Origin: Mobula birostris
Taxonomy: Eukaryota
NCBI RefSeq assembly: GCF_030028105.1
Contig: NC_092394.1
Span: 16,283,939-16,347,938 of the forward strand
DNA: 64,000 nucleotides
Direction of reading: 5' to 3'
Numbering within the stretch: position 1 is the first letter of the stretch; every line of letters begins with the position of its first letter. Shown here one piece after another: positions 22,201-34,200 of this stretch. The translations under genes were made by a program, and so were the position numbers. A model generated the notes under the pieces. It did no database searches, was not told the origin of the DNA, and worked only from the letters and a program-made list of their open reading frames with translations.

Positions 22201-25200
22201 TGCTGGGTCCATTGTTGTTTGTCATCAATTTCGATGTTCTGGATAATAACGTGGTTAATTGGATCAGCAAACTTGTGGAAGACACCAAGACTGGGGGAGT
22301 CGGGGACAGTGAGGAAGGCTATCATGGTTTGCAGAGGGATCTGTATCAGCTGGGAAAATGGCAGATGGAACTTAATGCAGACAAGTGTGGGGTTTTGCAA
22401 TTCGGTCGGACCAATGGGGTTAGGTCTTACAGAGTGTACGGTAGGGCACTGATGAGTGCCATAGGACAAACAGATCTGGGAATACCTGTCCATTAATCAT
22501 TCACAGTGGCTTCACAGGCAGATAGGGTCCTGAACAAAGCTTTTGGCACATTGGCCTTCATAAGTCAATGCACTGAGTACAGGAAATGGGATATTATGTT
22601 GAAGTTGTATAATATATTAGTGAGGCTGAATTTGGAGTATTGTGTACAGTTTTGGTCACCTACCTACAGGGAGGATGCAAACAAGGTTGAAAGAGTACAG
22701 AGAAAATTTACAAGGATGTTGCTGGGTCTGGAGGACCTGTGTTATAAAGTAAGATTGAAGAGGATAGGACTGTATTCTTTAGGACATAGAATATTGAAAG
22801 GAGATTTGATACAGGTATACAAAATTATGAGGGGTATGTTATGTTTATTATATTATATTTATTATATTAAAATTATGTTCGATGTTCTATGTTCTATATA
22901 GATAGGGTAAATACAAGCAAGCTTTTTCCACTGAGGTTGTGTGGGACTACAACCAGAGGTCATGGGTGGAGGGTGAGAGGTGAGGTTTAAGGGGAATATG
23001 TGGAAACTTCTTCACTCAGAGAGTCGTGAGAGTGAGGAATGAGCTGCCAGCACAAGCGGTGCATGCAAGCTCAATGTCAATGTTTGAGAGAAATTTGGAT
23101 AGTTACATGGCTGGTAGGGGCATGGAGGGCTTTGGTCCCAGTGCAGGTCGAGGGGAGTAGGCAGTTTAAATGGTTTTGGCATGGACTCGATGGGCTGAAG
23201 GGCCTGTTTCTGTGCTGTACTTGTCTATGACTTTATGACTCTAAATCACCTGGAGAGAGTGCTGGGGGACCTAGATCAGAAGATTGGAAAGTAAGGACAA
23301 ATGGCATTTTTACTGATTGCATTGGTCACTTTCATACCTGTAAGCTGCACTGGCTCACTGTCACCTCTACCCACCAAGACTCTAACACTGTTGATAGACC
23401 CTTGGAAGCTGAGAGCTTTAAGGCCTTCCTGATAGAGGATAGAAGTGTATAGGGACCGTACATCCATAGCGATTAGGGCCAAGGAACTGAAAATGGTTGA
23501 AGAGATCTAGAACACGTTGATAGTCCTGTCAGCTATGGTAGGGGGAGAAAGGAAAATCTCAGCATCAGAGCACACTCATTGGGGACTTTGAAGAGACATC
23601 CTGACAGACACATGAATGTGAGGGATATGGACACTGTGTAGGCTGAAGAGATTAGTTTAGTTGACCATTTGATTACTAACTTAATAATTGGTTCGGCAGG
23701 ACATTGTAAGCCGAAGGGCTTGTTCCTGCATTGTACTGTTCTGTGTTCTGTATGATGGAGAGGGAATCTGGGAGAACGGGACATGGTCCTTACAGCATGC
23801 AGGATGTACTATAGCTATGGGAGTAAGAGGGCTTATAAAGTAGCTTGCCTATCTACTGAGGTGACAAAAGAAAGGGAAGAGTCAGATAAAGACCATGATA
23901 TTTTTGACTTCTAAATGAATGAAGCAGTCACCAACTATTAAGGAAAAGGTCCTGAATCAGGCTGGAGAAAGTGATATTTCTTTCACATATCCAAGAACAT
24001 GACCAGCATGGCTTAGGCCTTCTGCTTCTTTCCAGACAACAGAGCTAACCAGTTCCCCTCCACCACCACCCACCACCATCTTCCGCCTCACCTAGCTCCA
24101 CCTATCACCTTCCATCATGTACTCTAGTGGTCGCCAACCGGTCAATCGTGATCAACCGGTCGATCTTTGAGACCTTCCCAGTAGATCCCAGAAAAAAATG
24201 AAAAATAAATACACAAACACATTATGCCTGATAAACCTTTTGGTGCAAAAGCAAATTTTACCCCTAGAGCACATACGTGAGTCATATGTAGTAACTTCTA
24301 GTTTGCAAAAGGACCACTCGACAACTTCATGTCCCAAGGAACAACTTTATCTGGGACGGCAAAACCAATTCAGTGGAGGGGCTTATACACACATGCGCAG
24401 ATTAGACCAGAAGTAAAACCCCGCAACCCCGGAAACAACCTCTGTTTATAAACAGTTTTCCGTAGCGGGAGTATTGCTATATTACCATTATCCTAATTGG
24501 TATTAACTTATCTTTATAATGCTCACATTACAACACCTCTAATTCTAAGTTTCATTATTTAATTTTATTTCAACACGAAAAATAAATGAATAAAAATTGA
24601 CTGTTGCACTCAGTGTGATGACTGGGGCTGAATACTTTCTGCTAGTTCCCTGAAACTTGGCTCATAACTACAGACAGCCAATCTGAGAGTCTGTGCGGTG
24701 TCTGTCAGTAAGACAGCTCCTGTACTTAGATTTAATAATTTTCATCTGTGAAAATGCAATTTCACACAGATAAGTTGACCTGAAGTAGGCACTGACTTTT
24801 AGTGTACATGTGGTGAGTCACCGTCCCTTGATCTTGCTTTAAGCTCGATGTCATTTTGCAAATCAATTATTTCCAATTCAATATCACTTGGCACACCAAA
24901 TACTTGCTGGAATTTGGCTGCTATCTGTTCTATATCGATCGGCAGAAATGGGTTTGAAAAAAATGCAGCAATATCTTTCATGACGTTTGACTCCCAAACC
25001 GCTGATCAAATTCTATTGCCAGTTTGTCTAGGTAAGCATAGTACTGCTCAGGGTGAAAAGCATTTTTTTTTTCCTTGATGGCCTATAACAGTTTCTCCAA
25101 GTTGGGAAAGTGTCTCAGCCTCCCGTTTTTTAAATTTGAAATCCAAACACCGAGCTTGGCCTAAAACACATTTACTGCGCTTATCATGTGGGGCAGGTGT

Positions 25201-28200
25201 CAGTCTTTTCCGATGAGCTTGCAGTTTAAGTGCGTTTAATTTAGCCGTTCCGTTAGGTTTGTCAGAAACCCTAAATCCAGTAGCCATGCATTATCTGACA
25301 GTTTCTTGTGCTCCTTGTTTCTTTATTTCAGGCAGCAAGTCAACAAACCGTTGCAGCACAGCACCCTCACAAACCTCCTGACAGACTGAATATTCGAATG
25401 GACAGTTTCCTTTGTTAGACTGAATGTTCAATCTGCCACATTTTTCAGGTGTTTTGTATTGGTAAACTGTTACTGAGACACTAGTATAAGTTTCAGGGGT
25501 ACGCAAGCTAATGACACCACTGTTTTTTGTTTCCCAGTTCTTTTACATTTGGGGAATGTTGGAATTTAAAGGGGGAGAAATGTTGTAATGTGATCATTAT
25601 AAAGATAATACCAATTAGGATAATGGTAATATATTAATACTCCCGCTACGGAAAGCTGTTTGTAAACAGAGGTTGTTTCCAGGGTTGCGGGGTATTACTT
25701 CCGGTCTTTTCTGCGCCTGTGTGTATAAGCCCCTCCGCCACATTGGTTTTGCCGTCCCAGATAAAGTTGTTCCTTTGGACATGAAGTTGTCAAGTGGTCC
25801 TTTTTCAAAGTAGAAGTTACTGCAAAGGGTATGAAGTATTGTAATATTCTTAAAGAAAGACAGCTATGGCCTGTTTGATATGCTAGTTATAGAGTTTTCT
25901 TGGTTGAATTAATTTGAAAGTTTGACAAAAGTATTTTATGTAATTCAAATACAATTAGCCCAAGTAAAAGGCCTCAAGTTGGAAGTACAATCTGAGTTGC
26001 TTTTTCTCTAAACGATTTAGTAGGTAGATCTTGCCTTTCACTAAGGCTGAGGTAGGGGATCTTGGGCTTAAAAAAGTTGGTGACCCTGATAACAACCTAC
26101 AAAGTTACATAAATAATATTGTCAACCCGTGGGTGGGATGGCCTCTTAAAATATGGAAAACTATTATAAAAGAATATAAGCTAGTGAGAGACATTGCAAT
26201 TCTTAAATGGTGTGCATATGACTCGGATTTTATGCTGAATAAACTGGATGCTAGATTTAAGGCCTGGACAGCTAAAGGAATAACAGCCATTTGCAATATA
26301 ATGAAAGAAGAAACATTGTTCAGTTTTGAAATGCTCAAAGAGAAACACTTATTAGAAAAACAAGACTTTTACCGGTATTTACAGATGCGACAGTATGTTA
26401 ATAGGAGGGTTAAAAATGTAACCCAGGCAAGTACATGTCTGATAGAGCTATTTAGAAAAGCATATAATTCAGACAACGGTAGTAGAAGAATTTCAAGTGT
26501 GTATAAGGGTTTGTCAAATCTTAAAACAAATTCGACTTCATATTAAAAAATGGGAGAAGGAGGGAGGGATAATAATATCTGAGGAAGATTGGACAATAAT
26601 ATGGAGGTATCAATGGAAGTGTACCAGTTCACAGAAATGGAGGGAGTTCGGGTGGAAAAACTTGATATTTTATTACACCCTCTCAGAAATCCCATTATGA
26701 TAGTAACCCCCGTTTGCTGGAGAAATTGTGGAAATCAAAATGCAAACCATTATCATATTTTCTGGGAATGCCCCGTTATCAAAGACTATTGGAGTGGGAT
26801 ACATAATGCCCTACAAGACATCTTTAAATGTAAAATACCCTTAGAGAGTAAGACCATATATTTTGGGTACATACCTCAAGAATGGTTGAAAAGAGATAAA
26901 TATTTAATGAATGTACTGCTGGTGGCTGGTAAAAAGACCCTTACTGTACCAGGAAATGGTTATCACAGGAGAGCCCAACTTTAAATGTATGGATGGAAAT
27001 TACAGTGGACATTTACAAAATGGAGGAGATAACAGCATCTGTTAATCATAAGTTGGAACAATTTTATTCATACTGGAAAAAATGGTTTAACTACATAACA
27101 CTTCATAGGCCTGATTTTGTTCTCACAAGTCAATTAATAAGTTGTAAAAAAAATCACTCCCTCTGTACATAGTTTTCTTCTTTCGATTGTTCTTTCTTTC
27201 CTCTCCTTTCTATAAGTATTACCTCAGATAAATATTATGTGGAGATTTGTGACATATACATATGTACAGTATCTGAAATACATCTTATGGAAATGTTTGT
27301 CTGATGATGATACTCAATAAAAAATAAATAACAAAAAAAAAGATTGGCGACCACTAATGTATTCCTTCTCCTCTCCCCCACCCACCTTCTTATTCTGGCT
27401 TCTTCCCTCTTCCTTCCTCGCCCTGATGAAGAGCTTCGGCCTGAAACATCGAATATTTACTCCTTTCCATATATGCTGCCCACCCTGCAGAGTTCCTCCA
27501 GCATTTTGTGTGAGGGCTCTCAAATGTGTCTCTACATTGATAGCTTCCCGTTCCCATTCTCTCTCTCTCTCTGTGTCTCCTTTCTTAAACATTCGTTCTA
27601 ATCCATAGGAACATTTCCAGAACCTCTGAAGCCATGTAAGATGATAAGCTCTTTCATAACCCTGGGAAGTATGATCATCAGGTCCTTGGAATTCATTAGG
27701 CTTTAAGCTTCAACTAAAATGGCTGAAAATGATTTGCCAATTGCTAGTATTAACCTTAACCACTGCATTGATACACTTCAAGCTAAGAGAAACAAAGTCC
27801 TTTTCCAGCTTTAAACCAACCCTTATTCTACTGGTTGTATAGTACAATAATTAAACTGGACTCCTTCTCTACCAGTACAGCCCTACAGGCTCTGGATTTT
27901 CTGCTAATTTGCTAAAAATTTTCATCCAGGTTCTATACGAATAAAATAGGCAGCTTACCAATAATCTGCACGCTGATGGTGTGTGTACCAAAGAGAGGAG
28001 GGACATAAACCAAACAGGTGTAGGATCCTTCTTTGCTGATATTAATATTTCTTAAGCGGAGGGACGCATTCCCATTCTTGATCTGGTCCAAGGATACTTC
28101 AACTCCCTTCTCAATGTCTTCAATCTGCTGAGACCGTCCATTGTAGGAGAACAATTTCTTCTTTACCCCCCTGTATTGGTATCTCCAGTCAATGTTAGCA

Positions 28201-31200
28201 GCAGCATTGTGATCAACCTTGAAGCCACAGTCCAGAACCAGGTCTTGATTCAGTTTGGTTTTAATCAGTGGTGTACTTGTGTGAATGATATAGTTCACTA
28301 ACAGATAAAAACAGAAATAACCAAATTATTAGATGGTCTCACTAGACCATTCAGATTTCACTTACCTCAAAAGATAAAGGTACGGAATATTGTGAGCAGT
28401 TTTGGGCCCCTTATCTAAGGAAGAATGCACTGGCATTGGGGAAGATCCAGAGGAGATTCACAAGAATGAGGGTTTGATGGCTCTGGGCCTGTACTCACAG
28501 CTTAGAAGAACGAAGGGGTTCTTAGTGAAAGATTGAAAGGCCTAAATAGAGTGGATGTGGAGTGTGGGGGGGGGGGGGGTCGAGGACCAGAGGGCACAGC
28601 CTCAGAATACAAGGATGTCCCTTTAGAACAGAGATGAGGAGGAATTTCTTTAGCCAGAGGGTGGTGAATCCATGAAATTCATTGCCACAGATGGCTGTGG
28701 AGGCCAAGTCATTGGGTGTATTTAAGGCCGAGGTTGGTGGGTTCTTGATTAATAAGGGTATCAAAGGTTATGGGGAGAAGGCAGAAGAATGGGATTGAGA
28801 GGGATAATAAATCAGCCCTGATGGAATAGTGGAGCAAACTCAATGGCCCAAATGGTGTAATTTTGCTCCCATATCTTATAGATCTATGGTCTAAAAGCTT
28901 ACCATTTTAATATAACTATTTACATGCCTTCTGGCCTTCTGATCTTATGTGTTCCTGTGGAAACACAGCTGTGCAAAGCCCTACAAGGGATAAATTATTA
29001 AATAGATACAAAAAGGAGCTAAAATATTTCTAATGGGAAAATAGATCAAAGGAAATAGGAAGCTTCGATGATGACATCTGATCACCAAACACATTGAATC
29101 ACAGAGCAAGAACAAAGAGGTGAATCTCCTACCCCTCCTCCTTCTCTTTCTCCCATGGTCAACTCTCCTCTCCTATCAGATTCCTTCCTCTCCAGCCCTT
29201 GACCTTCCTGGCCCACCTGGCTTCACCTATCATCTTCTACCTATCCTCCTTCTCCTCGCACCAGCTTTTCCTTCTGGCATTTACCCCCTTCCTTCTCAGT
29301 CCTGAAGAAGGGACTTGGCCCGAAATGACAACTGCTTATTCAATTCCATTGATGCTGCCTGACCTGCTGAGTTCCTCCAGCATTTTGTGTGTGTTGACTT
29401 AAGCTTGCATCGAACAGTTCTTTATCTTGGTTCAGCCAGAATGTGTTTATTTTCTGGCCATCAGCATTGTCAGGCAATACAGTGTTGTTTTAAAAAAAAC
29501 TCTGTACATCAGTACATCAGCTTTTGGCTCCAATCATAAATTGTAACTAAATTGGTAAAGGCAATAATAATAACTGCACCTTAAATATTGACCCATGTTT
29601 CACTGCTCTCTCCACACCACCCCCCAAGCAGGTTCAATAATGCTTTCAGAAATGAATGTAATTGGTCAGTAGGCACAAACAAGGCTCACATTTTGATATT
29701 CACATTCTTCAAAACAAAGTCATGACTGAAATTATAAAACTAAATGGCAGAGTTTTACAGTATGAAAAGAACAAATTTTTTTTTTAAGCAGTCTTAAGGG
29801 ATCCTCTTTAGAATTGACCAAAAATAAAGAATGCATGCCCTAGAACAGCGATCCACGGCCTTCCCTTGTGCCAAGATGAGGCCAACCTCAGGGTGGAGGA
29901 GCAACACCTTATATTCCATCTGGGCAGCCTCCAACCTGATGGCATGAATATTGATTTCTCCTTCTGGTAAAAAATATTTTCCCTCCCCTCCCCTTCCCTA
30001 CTCCTCTTCCTCTATTCTCCACACTGGTCTCTTACCTCTTCTCGTCAGCCTATCACTTCCCCCTGGGCCCCCTCCTCCTTCCCTTTTTCCACTCTCCTCT
30101 CCTATCAGCCCTTTACCTTTCCCACCCACCTGGCTTCACCTATCACCTTCCAGCTAGCCACCTTCTGCTCCCCTACCTTCTTACTCTGGCATCTGACCCC
30201 TTCCTTTTCAGTCCAGAAGAAGGGGCTCAGCCTGAAACATCACTGTTTAAATAGATGCTACCTGATTTGCTGAGTTCCTCCAGCATTTTGTGTGTGTGTG
30301 TGTGTGTGTGTTGCTATCTTTTCTTGTACAGGTTTCAACAAATTATATTGTACTTCTTCAGTCCGTATAAACTTTAAGATTAAGATTGCCCTTTATTTGT
30401 CACATGTACATCAAAACATCGGAGCATACAGTGAAATGCATCATTTGGGTCAATGACCAATGCAGGCTGAGGACGTGCTGGCAGTAGCCCCCAAATTCTG
30501 CTATCAGCACGGCAAGACCACAATTTACTAACCCTAACCCATATGTCTTTGGACTGTGGGAGGAAACCAGAGCACCTGGAGGAAACCCAAGCGGTCACGG
30601 GGAGAACATACAAACTCCTTACGGACAGCGGCAGGAAATGAACCTGGGTCGCTGGCACCATAAAACGTTATGCTGTTATGCCACCGTGCTGCCCCGTTAC
30701 CTTGGACTGACACAGTGTCTGTGTTTCCAATGGGTGGGTCTTCTTCATCAGTTGGACTTTCACGCTCCTTATTGTCCTCGTGATTAGGCGCTTTTAGCTT
30801 CCTCATGAATCCAGTTACGGTGAACTTCCCATGTCTGTGCTTTACAGTCACCGTGAGCCACTTGTCTTCACCTTGTTCCTCGTCCTTCTGCGGCCAGGGA
30901 GCATGGAATCCATAGGTGGAGTGTCGGCTAATCTCACATTCCAAATCATCAGGTTTTGTGCCCACGTACTGGAATATGTCTAAGGAAGAATCTGTAAGTG
31001 AAAGGATTACATTTACGTTAAAAGGGAAGGCAGTACATGACTATGAGAAGTTCAAAGTAAATTTATTATCAAGGTACATATACGTCACCATATACAACCC
31101 TGAGATTCGGTTTCTGGCGGATATACTAAACATAACAGAATCAATAAAAGGCCGCATCCAACAGGACAGACAAATCTGGCAATGTTCTTGTAAATCTAAC

Positions 31201-34200
31201 TTGCATTTGCTAATGAGGCCCTTGTTATAACAGGGTAACTAAAATTGTACACAACATTCCAAGTGTGGCCTCCTAATCTAGTTAGAGTGCCAGTTTTACA
31301 CCAAATCCCTTTATTGCTTTCCAGCCACATCAAATTGCATTGGATGGTAATGTCTGCTTTAATCCCAGTTTCGTCCATCTTCCAAAGTGCGGGTTAGTTA
31401 AAATGAAATGTGCCTGTTCATGCTTTGTCTCCTCTCCTTATAAATCAGAGGATCTACTGACTTACCATGAACAGTAGCTTCGGAAAAAGGATCTAGCGCT
31501 TTCCCAGCGTATGTGACGCATGAGCTCTTCTTGGGCTTCCAGCCGGGTACAAATGTTGATTTTAACCAGCATTTTGATGACAAACTCCCCAATGAAGATG
31601 GCAGAGTCTGTCATCGAAACGTCGGTTAAAATCGACACCTAGACCCGGCTGGAAGCTGAGAAGAGTTTATGCACAGCTCTGGAGATCCGCTAGTGAAATA
31701 AAATTAACAAGCCTGTCTTACATAATAAGCAAGTATTGATGTTTTAGGTGACAGAGTAACAACTTCCCAAATTATTAGAACCACTATGTTACAAAGGATG
31801 TGTGCCACAGATAATTAATTGCAGAGAATGCTTGATGTTTCCACGTTACCTTTAACTTTAAAACGAATTGCTTCCTCATTTGTATCGAAATCGCCATACA
31901 GCAGCAATGCCTTCCTCAAGATGATCGTCTGCCCTATCGGAAGAGACCCATCATCTTCCTTCACTTCTCGAAAACTGCAATCCAGCTTTCTGTTTGGAAG
32001 CACGTGTCCATTCTCGGCCAGTGCAATTCCTGAGGAAAGAAAAGCAAAGTAGGAAACGAAAGGGAAATCTTTAAACAAAGGTTGAACAATGTACTATACT
32101 GCCACTTCACTGAAGAAATAGAAATATCTTTGTACTGATAGTGAGTACTTCAGCCTCGACATCTATATTTTTTCTCTCATGTCTGGAATGTCTGTAATAA
32201 TTTTGGCCATAAACAAACTTGCATTAATCAGGAAGCTCTCAGTTCAAACCCTACTCTGGAGACCTAGTCAGTGGTTGACAAATATACCCAGTACTGTGGC
32301 ATCCCCTCAGTACTGTACTGCTATGTAGACCTTTATGATCAAAGGATTCAATTAAGACACTGGCCAGCAGGTCAGGCTTGAGGTGCTTGGTGACCTTTTG
32401 TTCTTCTCTTGTAGACCCGTTATGAATTGTTTCTATATTGGTCCAATTTTATTTATGAAGTGTGCTACATAATGGGACAAAAATGTATAACTCTTTCATC
32501 TGAAGCACTGACTTCTATTAGCAGTGTTATCTTTCCTTTGCACCCCACCCATTAATTTCACTTATAGTGTAGTGGTTAGCACAACACTTTACAGTACAGG
32601 CGATCCAGGTTTAATTTCCGTTGCTGCCTATAAGGAGTTCGTACGTTCTCCCTGTGACCGCATGTGTTTCCTCCGGGTGCTCCGGTTTCCTCCCACAGTC
32701 CAAAGACACACCAGTTGGTAGGTTCACTGGTCAATGTAAACTGTCCCGTGAAACAGGCCAGGGTTAAATCAGGGGATTGCTGGACGGCGTGGCTCGAAGG
32801 GCCAGTTTCATGTTGCATCCCAATAAATAAATTATACAAAGATGACTGGTCTACGGTGATGTTCATATCATTTGAGAAAGTACATCTCTTGTCCCTATAA
32901 CGTTAGAAGCACAACTATATTTGACAATCTTCTCCACTTCACTGTCTCTTGCAAAATCATGAAAGCATTCACTTAAATTTGAAATTGCCAAAATATCTAC
33001 ATTATGCACCACATAGACCTACTTTGTTTCACAAGCAAGATGGAGCCATGTGGATGCATATCTTGGGCTTTTTCATGAAAAAAACCCTGCCGCGTACACT
33101 AAGATAAATGACCAGTTAGCCTGACTTCAGTGGTTGAGAAGAATCTGAAGTCCATTATAAAGGATGAGGTTTCGGGGTACTTGAAGGCACGTGATAAGAG
33201 AGGCCAAAGTCAGCATGGCTTCTTTAAGAGGAAATCTTGCCTGACAAATCTGTTGGAATTCTTTGAGGAAATAACAAGCAGGATAGACAAAGGAGAGTCA
33301 GTGGATGTTGTTTATTCGGATTTTCAGATAGTATTTGACGAGGTACCACACACGAGGCTGCTTAACAAGATAAGAGCCCATGGCATAACAGGAAAGATAC
33401 CAGCATGGATAGAAACACACATCAAAGTTGCTGGTGAACGCAGCAGGCCAGGCAGCATCTCTAGGAAGAAGTACAGTCGATGTTTCAGGCCAAGACCCTT
33501 CGTCAGAACTAACGTTAGGATGTTAGCCCTGACAAAGGGTCTCGGTCTGAAACATAAACTGTACCTCTTCCTAGAGATGCTGCCTGGCCTGCTGCGTTCA
33601 TCAGCAACTTTGATGTATGTTGCTTGAATTTCCAGCACCTGCAGAATTCCTCGTGTTTGAGCATGGATAGAAAATTGGCTGACTGGCAGGAGGCGAAGAG
33701 GGGAATAAAGGGGACCTTGTCAGGTTGGCTGCCAGTGACTAGTGATGTTCCACAGGGATTGGTGTTGGAACCACTTCTTTTCATGTTATATATCAATGAT
33801 TTGAATGATGGCTCTGTGGCCAAGTTTGTGGACAATACGAAGGTAAAAAGGTAGGTAGTGCTGAGGAAGCAGGGAGTCTGCAGAAGGACTTGAACAGGTT
33901 GGGAGAATGGGGAAAGAAGTGACAGATGGATACATAGTGGAGGGAACTGTGCAGCAATGCACTTTGATAGAAGGAATAAAGGTGTAGACTATTTTCTAAA
34001 CAAGAAGAAAATTCAAAAAACAGAGCCGCAAAGCAACTTAGGAATCCTCAAGCAGGATTTCCTAAAGGCTAATTTGTAAATTACGTCGGTGGTAAGGAAA
34101 CAAATGCAATATTAGCATTCATTTCGAGAAGGGTAGAATATAAAAGCGAGAATATCATGCTGAAGCTTTATAAGGCATTGGTCATATCGCACAGAGTATT

